Below, one piece after another: positions 34,501 to 45,400 of a stretch of 64,000 nt of DNA. The notes beneath the pieces are model-generated. The model was not told where the DNA came from, made no database searches, and worked only from the letters and a program-made list of their open reading frames with translations. The position numbers and the translations under genes are program-made. Position 1 is the stretch's first letter, and each line of letters starts with the position of its first letter. Origin of the DNA: Eledone cirrhosa (taxonomy: Eukaryota); contig OZ024743.1 in the NCBI GenBank assembly GCA_964016885.1, positions 134,540,001 to 134,604,000 of the forward strand. Direction: 5' to 3'.

Positions 34501-37500
34501 CTTGGTGCTTGGTTCTGGGTGCTTGGTGCTTGGTGTTTGGTGTTTGGGGCTTGGTGATTGGTGTTTGGTGCTTGGTGCTTGGTGCTTGGTGCTTGGTGTT
34601 TGGTGCTTGGTGCTTTGTTCTGGGTGCTTGGTGCTTGGTGTTTGGTGTTTGGTGCTGGGTGCTTGGTGTTTGGTGCTTGGGGCTTGGTGATTGGTGTTTG
34701 GTGCTTGGTGCTTGGTGCTTGGTGCTTGGTGCTTGGCGTTTGGTGCTTGCTGTTTGGTGATTGGTGATTGGTGCTAGGTGTTTGGTGTTTGGTGTTTGGC
34801 GCTTGGTGTTTGGTGTTTGGTGATTGGTGCTTGGTGTTTGGTGTTTGGTGCTTGGTGCTTGGTGCTTGGTGCTTGGTGTTTGGTGCTTGGTGCTTGGTGT
34901 TTGGTGTTTGGTGCTTGGCGCTTGGTGTTTGGTGTTTGGTGCTTGGCGTTTGCTGTTTGGCGTTTGGGGTTTGGCATTTGCTGTTTGGCGTTTGGAGTTT
35001 GGCGTTTGCTTTTTGGCGTTTGCTGTTTTGTGTTTGGTGTTTGGTGTTTGCTGTTTGGTGTTTGCTGTTTGGTGTTTGCTGTTTGGTGTTTGCTGTTTGG
35101 TGCTTGGTGTTTGGTGTTTGGTGCATGGTGCTTGGTGCTTGGTGCTTGGTGTTTGGTGCTTGGTGGTTGGTGCTTGGTGTTTGGTGCTTGGTGCTTGGAG
35201 TTTGGTGTTTGGCGCTTGGTGCTTGGTGTTTGGTGCTTGGTGCTTGGTGTTTGGTGTTTGGTGCTTGGTGTTTGGTGCTTGGAGCTTGGTGCTTGGTCTT
35301 TGGTGCTTGGTGCTTGGTGCTTGGTGCTTGGTGTCTGGTGCTTGGTGCTTGGTGTTTGGTGTTTGGTGTTTGGTGTTTGGTGCTTGGTGCTTTGTTCTGG
35401 GTGCTTGGTGCTTGGTGTTTGGTGTATGGTGCTGGGTGCTTGGTGTTTGGTGCTTGGGGCTTGGTGATTGGTGTTTGGTGCTTGGTCTTGGTGCTTGGTG
35501 CTTGGTGCTTGGTGTTTGGTGCTTGGTGTTTGGTGCTTGGTGCTTGGTGCTAGGTGTTTGGTGTTTGGTGTTTGGTGCTTGGTGCTTGGTGTTTGGTGAT
35601 TGGTCCTTGGTGTTTGGTGTTTGGTGTTTGGTGCTTGGTGCTTGGTGCTTGGTGCTTGGTGTTTGGTGTTTGGTGCTTGGTGGTTGGTGTTTGGTGTTTG
35701 GTGCTTGGTGCTTGGTTCTGGGTGCTTGGTGCTTGGTGTTTGGTGTTTGGTGCTTGGTGCTTGGTGTTTGGTGCTTGGGGCTTGGTGATTGGTGTTTGGT
35801 GCTTGGTGCTTGGTGCTTGGTGCTTGGTGCTTGGTGCTTGGTGCTTGGTGTTTGGTGTTTGGTGCTTGCTGCTAGGTGCTTGGTGTTTGGTGCTTTGGGC
35901 TTGGTACTTGGTGTTTGGTGTTTGGTGCTTGGTGCTTGCTGTTTGGTGTTTGGTGCTTGGTGCTTGGTGCTTGGTGCTTGGTGCTTGGTGCTCGGTGCTT
36001 GGTGATTGGTGCTTTGTGTTTGTTGCTTGGTGCTTGGTGCTTGGTGTTTGGTGCTTGGTGCTTGGTGTTTGGTGCTTGGGGCTTGGTGCTTGGTGTTTGG
36101 TGTTTCCTGGTTGGTGTTTCCTGGTTGGTGTTTGGTGTTTGCTGTTTGGTGTTTGGTGTTTGCTGTTTGGTGTTTGCTATTTGGTGTTTTGTGTTTGCTG
36201 TTTGGTGTTTGGTGTTTAGTGTTTGCTATTTGGTGTTTGGTGTTTGGTGTTTGGTGCTTGGGGCTTGGTGTTTGCTCTTTGGTGCTTGGTGATTGGTCTT
36301 TGGTGTTTGGTCCTTGGTGCTTGGTGTATGGTGTTTGGTGCTTGGTGCTTGGTGCTTGGTGCTTGGTGCTTGGTGTTTGGTGTTTGGTGCTTTGTGCTTG
36401 GTGTTTGGTGTTTGGTGCTTGGTGCTTGGTTCTGGGTGCTTGGTGCTTGGTGTTTGGTGTTTGGGGCTTGGTGATTGGTGTTTGGTGCTTGGTGCTTGGT
36501 GCTTGGTGCTTGGTGTTTGGTGCTTGGTGCTTTGTTCTGGGTGCTTGGTGCTTGGTGTTTGGTGTTTGGTGCTGGGTGCTTGGTGTTTGGTGCTTGGGGC
36601 TTGGTGATTGGTGTTTGGTGCTTGGTGCTTGGTGCTTGGTGCTTGGTGCTTGGCGTTTGGTGCTTGCTGTTTGGTGATTGGTGATTGGTGCTAGGTGTTT
36701 GGTGTTTGGTGTTTGGCGCTTGGTGTTTGGTGTTTGGTGATTGGTGCTTGGTGTTTGGTGTTTGGTGCTTGGTGCTTGGTGCTTGGTGCTTGGTGTTTGG
36801 TGCTTGGTGCTTGGTGTTTGGTGTTTGGTGCTTGGCGCTTGGTGTTTGGTGTTTGGTGCTTGGCGTTTGCTGTTTGGCGTTTGGGGTTTGGCATTTGCTG
36901 TTTGGCGTTTGGAGTTTGGCGTTTGCTTTTTGGCGTTTGCTGTTTTGTGTTTGGTGTTTGGTGTTTGCTGTTTGGTGTTTGCTGTTTGGTGTTTGCTGTT
37001 TGGTGTTTGCTGTTTGGTGCTTGGTGCTTGGTGTTTGGTGCATGGTGCTTGGTGCTTGGTGCTTGGTGTTTGGTGCTTGGTGGTTGGTGCTTGGTGTTTG
37101 GTGCTTGGTGCTTGGAGTTTGGTGTTTGGCGCTTGGTGCTTGGTGTTTGGTGCTTGGTGCTTGGTGTTTGGTGTTTGGTGCTTGGTGTTTGGTGCTTGGA
37201 GCTTGGTGCTTGGTCTTTGGTGCTTGGTGCTTGGTGCTTGGTGCTTGGTGTCTGGTGCTTGGTGCTTGGTGTTTGGTGTTTGGTGTTTGGTGTTTGGTGC
37301 TTGGTGCTTTGTTCTGGGTGCTTGGTGCTTGGTGTTTGGTGTATGGTGCTGGGTGCTTGGTGTTTGGTGCTTGGGGCTTGGTGATTGGTGTTTGGTGCTT
37401 GGTCTTGGTGCTTGGTGCTTGGTGCTTGGTGTTTGGTGCTTGGTGTTTGGTGCTTGGTGCTTGGTGCTAGGTGTTTGGTGTTTGGTGTTTGGTGCTTGGT

Positions 37501-38990
37501 GCTTGGTGTTTGGTGATTGGTCCTTGGTGTTTGGTGTTTGGTGTTTGGTGCTTGGTGCTTGGTGCTTGGTGCTTGGTGTTTGGTGTTTGGTGCTTGGTGG
37601 TTGGTGTTTGGTGTTTGGTGCTTGGTGCTTGGTTCTGGGTGCTTGGTGCTTGGTGTTTGGTGTTTGGTGCTTGGTGCTTGGTGTTTGGTGCTTGGGGCTT
37701 GGTGATTGGTGTTTGGTGCTTGGTGCTTGGTGCTTGGTGCTTGGTGCTTGGTGCTTGGTGCTTGGTGTTTGGTGTTTGGTGCTTGCTGCTAGGTGCTTGG
37801 TGTTTGGTGCTTTGGGCTTGGTACTTGGTGTTTGGTGTTTGGTGCTTGGTGCTTGCTGTTTGGTGTTTGGTGCTTGGTGCTTGGTGCTTGGTGCTTGGTG
37901 CTTGGTGCTCGGTGCTTGGTGATTGGTGCTTTGTGTTTGTTGCTTGGTGCTTGGTGCTTGGTGTTTGGTGCTTGGTGCTTGGTGTTTGGTGCTTGGGGCT
38001 TGGTGCTTGGTGTTTGGTGTTTCCTGGTTGGTGTTTCCTGGTTGGTGTTTGGTGTTTGCTGTTTGGTGTTTGGTGTTTGCTGTTTGGTGTTTGCTATTTG
38101 GTGTTTTGTGTTTGCTGTTTGGTGTTTGGTGTTTAGTGTTTGCTATTTGGTGTTTGGTGTTTGGTGTTTGGTGCTTGGGGCTTGGTGTTTGCTCTTTGGT
38201 GCTTGGTGATTGGTCTTTGGTGTTTGGTCCTTGGTGCTTGGTGTATGGTGTTTGGTGCTTGGTGCTTGGTGCTTGGTGCTTGGTGCTTGGTGTTTGGTGT
38301 TTGGTGCTTTGTGCTTGGTGTTTGGTGTTTGGTGCTTGGTGCTTGGTTCTGGGTGCTTGGTGCTTGGTGTTTGGTGTTTGGGGCTTGGTGATTGGTGTTT
38401 GGTGCTTGGTGCTTGGTGCTTGGTGCTTGGTGTTTGGTGCTTGGTGCTTTGTTCTGGGTGCTTGGTGCTTGGTGTTTGGTGTTTGGTGCTGGGTGCTTGG
38501 TGTTTGGTGCTTGGGGCTTGGTGATTGGTGTTTGGTGCTTGGTGCTTGGTGCTTGGTGCTTGGTGCTTGGCGTTTGGTGCTTGCTGTTTGGTGATTGGTG
38601 ATTGGTGCTAGGTGTTTGGTGTTTGGTGTTTGGCGCTTGGTGTTTGGTGTTTGGTGATTGGTGCTTGGTGTTTGGTGTTTGGTGCTTGGTGCTTGGTGCT
38701 TGGTGCTTGGTGTTTGGTGCTTGGTGCTTGGTGTTTGGTGTTTGGTGCTTGGCGCTTGGTGTTTGGTGTTTGGTGCTTGGCGTTTGCTGTTTGGCGTTTG
38801 GGGTTTGGCATTTGCTGTTTGGCGTTTGGAGTTTGGCGTTTGCTTTTTGGCGTTTGCTGTTTGGTGTTTGGTGTTTGGTGTTTGCTGTTTGGTGTTTGCT
38901 GTTTGCTGTTTGCTGTTTGGTGTTTGCTGTTTGGTGCTTGGTGCTTGGTGTTTGGTGCATGGTGCTTGGTGCTTGGTGCTTGGTGTTTGG
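31528..38990 (+). repeat. Near-perfect higher-order repeat array, period 1980 then 1917 bp (about 4 Y-type copies)
   Basis: Lines starting 31561 and 33541 are identical. ORF starts 32788/34768/36685/38602 (+1980, +1917, +1917). 6-bp unit TTGGTC at 33502, 35482 and 37399. Confidence 0.96.
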
Positions 38991-41900
38991 TGCTTGGTGC
39001 TTGGTGTTTGGTGCTTGGGGCTTGGTGATTGGTGTTTGGTGCTTGGTGTTTGGTGTTTGTTGCTTGGTGCTTGGTGTTTGGTGTTTGGTGCTTGGTGTTT
39101 GCTGTTTGGTGCTTGGTGCTTGGTGTTTGGTGCTTGGTGCTTGGTGCTTGGTGCCTGGTGCTTGGTGTTTGGTGCTTGGTGGTTGGTGCTTGGTGTTTGG
39201 TGCTTGGTGCTTGGAGTTTGGTGTTTGGCGCTTGGTGCTTGGTGTTTGGTGCTTGGTGCTTGGTGTTTGGTGTTTGGTGCTTGGTGTTTGGTGCTTGGAG
39301 CTTGGTGCTTGGTCTTTGGTGCTTGGTGCTTGGTGCTTGGTGCTTGGTGTCTGGTGCTTGGTGCTTGGTGTTTGGTGTTTGGTGTTTGGTGTTTGGTGCT
39401 TGGTGCTTTGTTCTGGGTGCTTGGTGCTTGGTGTTTGGTGTATGGTGCTGGGTGCTTGGTGTTTGGTGCTTGGGGCTTGGTGATTGGTGTTTGGTGCTTG
39501 GTGCTTGGTGCTTGGTGCTTGGTGCTTGGTGTTTGGTGCTTGGTGTTTGGTGCTTGGTGCTTGGTGCTAGGTGTTTGGTGTTTGGTGTTTGGTGCTTGGT
39601 GCTTGGTGTTTGGTGATTGGTCCTTGGTGTTTGGTGTTTGGTGTTTGGTGTTTGGTACTTGGTGCTTGGTGCTTGGTGCTTGGTGTTTGGTGTTTGGTGC
39701 TTGGTGGTTGGTGTTTGGTGTTTGGTGCTTGGTGCTTGGTTCTGGGTGCTTGGTGCTTGGTGTTTGGTGTTTGGTGCTTGGTGCTTGGTGTTTGGTGCTT
39801 GGGGCTTGGTGATTGGTGTTTGGTGCTTGGTGCTTGGTGCTTGGTGCTTGGTGCTTGGTGCTTGGTGTTTGGTGTTTGGTGCTTGCTGCTAGGTGCTTGG
39901 TGTTTGGTGCTTTGGGCTTGGTACTTGGTGTTTGGTGTTTGGTGCTTGGTGCTTGCTGTTTGGTGTTTGGTGCTTGGTGCTTGGTGTTTGGTGATTGGTG
40001 CTTGGTGCTTGGTGTTTAGTGCTTGGTGCTTGGTGTTTGGTGCTTGGTGCTTGGTGCTTGGTGCTCGGTGCTTGGTGATTGGTGCTTTGTGTTTGTTGCT
40101 TGGTGCTTGGTGCTTGGTGATTGGTGCTTGGTGTTTGGGCCTGGTGCTTGGTGGTTGGTGTTTGGTGTTTGGTGCTTGGTGCTTGGTTCTGGGTGCTTGG
40201 TGCTTGGTGTTTGGTGTTTGGTGTTTGCTGTTTGGTGTTTGGTGTTTGGTGTTTGCTGGTTGGTGTTTGGTGTTTGGTGTTTGCTGTTTGGTGTTTGCTG
40301 TTTGGTGCTTGGTGCTTGGTGTCTGGTGCATGGTGCTTGGTGCATGGTGCTTGGTGTTTGGTGCTTGGTGCTTGGTGTTTGGTGCTTGGGGCTTGGTGCT
40401 TGGTGTTTGGTGTTTCCTGGTTGGTGTTTCCTGGTTGGTGTTTGGTGTTTGCTGTTTGGTGTTTGGTGTTTGCTGTTTGGTGTTCGCTATTTAGTGTTTT
40501 GTGTTTGCTGTTTGGTGTTTGGTGTTTAGTGTTTGCTATTTGGTGTTTGGTGTTTGGTGTTTGGTGCTTGGGGCTTGGTGTTTGCTCTTTGGTGCTTGGT
40601 GATTGGTTTTTGGTGTTTGGTCCTTGGTGCTTGGTGTATGGTGTTTGGTGCTTGGTGCTTGGTGCTTGGTGCTTGGTGTTTGGTGTTTGGTGCTTGGTGC
40701 TTGGTGTTTGGTGTTTGGTGCTTGGTGCTTGGTTCTGGGTGCTTGGTGCTTGGTGTTTGGTGTTTGGTGCTTGGTGCTTGGTGTTTGGTGCTTGGGGCTT
40801 GGTGATTGGTGTTTGGTGCTTGGTGCTTGGTGCTTGGTGCTTGGTGTTTGGTGCTTGGTGCTTTGTTCTGGGTGCTTGGTGCTTGGTGTTTGGTGTTTGG
40901 TGCTGGGTGCTTGGTGTTTGGTGCTTGGGGCTTGGTGATTGGTGTTTGGTGCTTGGTGCTTGGTGCTTGGTGCTTGGTGCTTGGTGTTTGGTGCTTGGTG
41001 TTTGGTGATTGGTGATTGGTGCTAGGTGTTTGGTGTTTGGTTTTTGGCGCTTGGTGTTTGGTGTTTGGTGATTGGTGCTTGGTGTTTGGTGTTTGGTGCT
41101 TGGTGCTTGGTGCTTGGTGCTTGGTGTTTGGCGCTTGGTGCTTGGTGTTTGGTGTTTGGTGCTTGGCGTTTGCTGTTTGGCGTTTGGGGTTTGGCATTTG
41201 CTGTTTGGCGTATGGGGTTTGGCGTTTGCTTTTTTGCGTTTGCTCTTTGGTGTTTGGTGCTTGGTGTTTGGTGTTTGGTACTTGGTGCTTGGTGTTTGGT
41301 GTTTGGTGCTTGGTGCTTGGTGTTTGGTGTTTGGTGCTTGGCGCTTGGTGTTTGGTGTTTGGTGCTTGGCTTTTGCTGTTTGGCGTTTGGGGTTTGGCAT
41401 TTGCTGTTTGGCGTTTGGAGTTTGGCGTTTGCTTTTTGGCGTTTGCTGTTTGGTGTTTGGTGTTTGGTGTTTGCTGTTTGGTGTTTGCTGTTTTGTGTTT
41501 GCTGTTTGGTGTTTGCTGTTTGGTGCTTGGTGCTTGGTGTTTGGTGCATGGTGCTTGGTGCTTGGTGCTTGGTGTTTGGTGCTTGGTGCTTGGTGTTTGG
41601 TGCTTGGGGCTTGGTGCTTGGTGTTTGGTGCTTGGTGTTTGGTGTTTGTTGCTTGGTGCTTGGTGTTTGGTGTTTGGTGCTTGGTGTTTGCTGTTTGGTG
41701 CTTGGTGCTTGGTGTTTGGTGCTTGGTGCTTGGTGCTTGGTGCCTGGTGCTTGGTGTTTGGTGCTTGGTGGTTGGTGCTTGGTGTTTGGTGCTTGGAGCT
41801 TGGTGCTTGGTTTTTGGTGCTTGGTGCTTGGTGCTTGGTGCTTGGTGTCTGGTGCTTGGTGCTTGGTGTTTGGTGTTTGGTGTTTGGTGTTTGGTGCTTG

Positions 41901-42459
41901 GTACTTGTTGTTTTGTGTTTGGTGCTTGGTGCTTGGTGGTTGGTGTTTGGTGCTTGGTGCTTGGTGTTTAGTGTTTAGTGCTTGGTGCTTGGTATTTGGT
42001 GTGTGGTGCTTGGTGCTTGGTGTTTGGTGTTTGGTGCTTGGTGCTTGGTGTTTGGTGTTTGGTGCTTGGTGTTTGCTGGTTGGTGTTTGGTGTTTGGTGT
42101 TTGCTGTTTGGTGTTTGCTGTTTGGTGCTTGGTGCTTGGTGTTTGGTGCATGGTGCTTGGTGCTTGGTGTTTGGTGCTTGGTGCTTGGTGTTTGGTGCTT
42201 GGGGCTTGGTGCTTGGTGTTTGGTGCTTGGTGTTTGGTGTTTCCTGGTTGGTGTTTGGTGTTTGCTGTTTGGTGTTTGGTGTTTGCTGTTTGGTATTTGC
42301 TATTTGGTGTTTTGTGTTTGCTGTTTGGTGTTTGGTGTTTAGTGTTTGCTATTTGGTGTTTGGTGTTTGGTGTTTGGTGCTTGGTGCTTGGTGTTTGGTG
42401 CTTGGTGCTTGGTGTTTGGTGCTTGGTGCTTGGTGTTTGGTGTTTGGTGCTTGGTGTTT

Positions 42460-45400
42460 GCTGTTTGGTGATTGGTGCTTGGTGTTTGGTGCTTGGTGCT
42501 TGGTGTTTGGTGCTTGGTGGTTGGTGCTTGGTGTTTGGTGCTTGGTGCTTGGTGTTTGGTGTTTGGCGCTTGGTGCTTGGTGTTTGGTGCTTGGTGCTTG
42601 GTGTTTGGTGTTTGGTGCTTGGTGTCTGGTATTTGGTGCTTGGTGCTTGGTGTTTGTTGATTGGTGCCTGGTACTTGGTGTTTGGTGCTCGGTGCTTGGT
42701 GCTTGGTGTTTCGTGCTTGGTGCTTGGTGTTTGGTCTTTGGCGCTTGGTGCTTGGTGTTTGGTGCTTGGTACTTGGTGTTCAGTGTTTGGTGTTTGGTGC
42801 TTGGTGCTTGGTGCTTGGTTTTGGGTGTTTGGTGCTTGGTGCTTGGTGTTTGGTGTTTGGTGATTGGTGCTTGGTGTTTGGTGCTTGGGATTTGGTGCTT
42901 GGTGCTTGGTGTTTGGTGTTTGGAGTTTGGTACTTTGTGCTTGGTGTTTGGTGTTTGGTGCTTGGTGCTTGGTGTTTGGTGTTTAGTGCTTGGTGCTTGG
43001 TTGTTGGTGTTTGGTGCTTGGTGCCTGGTGACTGGTGTTTGGTGCTTGGTGCTTGGTATTTGGGGCTTGGTCTTTGGTGCTTGGTGTTTGGTGCTTGGTG
43101 CTTGGTGCTTGGTGCTTGGTGTTTGGTGCTTGGTGCTTGGTGCTAGGTGTTTGGTGTTTAGTGCTTGGTGCTTGGTGATTGGTGCTTGTTGCTTGGTGCT
43201 TGGTGTTTGGTGCTTGGTGCTTGGTGTTTGGTGTTTGGTGTTTGGTGTTTGCTGTTTGGTGTTTGCTGTTTGGTGTTTACTGTTTGGTGTTTGCTGTTTC
43301 GTGTTTGCTGTTTGGTGTTTGGTGTTTGGTGTTTGCTGTTTGGTGTTTGGTGTTTGCTGTTTGGTGTTTGGAGTCTGTTGTTTGGTGATTGGTGTTTGCT
43401 GTTTGGTGTTTGGTGTTTGGCGTTTGGTGCTTGGCGCTTGTTGCTTGGTGTTTTGTGCTTGGTGCTTGGTGCTTGGTGTTTGGTGTTTGGTGTTTATGTT
43501 TGCTGTTTGGCGTTTGCTGTTTGGTGTTTGCTGTTTGGTGTTTCCTGGTTGGTGTTTGGTGTTTGCTATTTGGTGTTTCGTGTTTGCTGTTTGGTGTTTG
43601 GTGTTTAGTGTTTGCTGTTTGGTGTTTGGTGTTTGGTGTTTGGTGCTTGGGGCTTGGTGTTTGCTCTTTGGTGCTTGGTGATTGGTTTTTGGTGTTTGGT
43701 GCTTGGTGCTTGGTGTATGGTGTTTGGTGCTTGGTGCTTGGTGCTTGGTGCTTGGTGTTTGGTGATTGGTGCTTGGTGCTTGGTGTTTGGTGTTTGGTGC
43801 TTGGTGCTTGGTTCTGGGTGCATGGTGCTTGGTGTTTGGTGTTTGGTGCTTGGTGCTTCGTGTTTGGTGCTTCGGGCTTGGTGATTGGTGTTTGGTGCTT
43901 GGTGCTTGGTGCTTGTTGCTTGGTGCTTGGTGTTTGGTGCTTGGGATTCGGTGCTTGGTGCTTGGTGCTAGGTGTTTGGTGTTTGGTGCTTGGTGTTTGG
44001 TGTTTGGTGCTTGGTGCTTGCTGTCTGGTATTTGGTGCTTGGTGCTTGGTGTTTGTTGATTGGTGCCTGGTACTTGGTGTTTGGTGCTCGGTGCTTGGTG
44101 CTTGGTGTTTCGTGCTTGGTGCTTGGTGTTTGGTCTTTGGCGCTTGGTGCTTGGTACTTGGTGTTCAGTGTTTGGTGTTTGGTGCTTGGTGCTTGGTGCT
44201 TGGTTTTGGGTGTTTGGTGCTTGGTGCTTGGTGGTTGGTGTTTGGTGATTGGTGCCTGGTGTTTGGTGCTTGGGATTTGGTGCTTGGTGCTTGGTGTTTG
44301 GTGTTTGGAGTTTGGTACTTGGTGCTTGGTGTTTGGTGTTTGGTGCTTGGTGCTTGGTGTTTGGTGTTTAGTGCTTGGTGCTTGGTTGTTGGTGTTTGGT
44401 GCTTGGTGCCTGGTGACTGGTGTTTGGTGCTTGGTGCTTGGTATTTGGGGCTTGGTCTTTGGTGCTTGGTGTTTGGTGCTTGGTGCTTGGTGCTTGGTGC
44501 TTGGTGTTTGGTGCTTGGTGCTTGGTGCTAGGTGTTTGGTGTTTAGTGCTTGGTGCTTGGTGATTGGTGCTTGTTGCTTGGTGCTTGGTGTTTGGTGCTT
44601 GGTGCTTGGTGTTTGGTGTTTGGTGTTTGGTGTTTGCTGTTTGGTGTTTGCTGTTTGGTGTTTACTGTTTGGTGTTTGCTGTTTCGTGTTTGCTGTTTGG
44701 TGTTTGGTGTTTGGTGTTTGGTGATTGGTGTTTGCTGTTTGGTGTTTGGTGTTTGGCGTTTGGTGCTTGGCGCTTGTTGCTTGGTGTTTTGTGCTTGGTG
44801 CTTGGTGCTTGGTGTTTGGTGTTTGGTGTTTATGTTTGCTGTTTGGCGTTTGCTGTTTGGTGTTTGCTGTTTGGTGTTTCCTGGTTGGTGTTTGGTGTTT
44901 GCTATTTGGTGTTTCGTGTTTGCTGTTTGGTGTTTGGTGTTTAGTGTTTGCTGTTTGGTGTTTGGTGTTTGGTGTTTGGTGCTTGGGGCTTGGTGTTTGC
45001 TCTTTGGTGCTTGGTGATTGGTTTTTGGTGTTTGGTGCTTGGTGCTAGGTGTATGGTGTTTGGTGCTTGGTGCTTGGTGTTTGGTGCTTGGGGCTTGGTG
45101 ATTGGTGTTTGGTGCTTGGTGCTTGGTGCTTGGTGCTTGGTGCTTGGTGTTTGGTGCTTGGTGTTTGGTGATTGGTGATTGGTGCTAGGTGTTTGGTGTT
45201 TGGTGTTTGGCGCTTGGTGTTTGGTGTTTGGTGATTGGTGCTGGGTGTTTGGTGTTTGGTGCTTGGTGCTTGGTGCTTGGTGTTTGGCGCTTGGTGCTTG
45301 GTGTTTGGTGTTTGGTGCTTGGCGTTTGCTGTTTGGCGTTTGGGGTTTGGCATTTGCTGTTTGGCGTATGGGGTTTGGCGTTTGCTTTTTTGCGTTTGCT

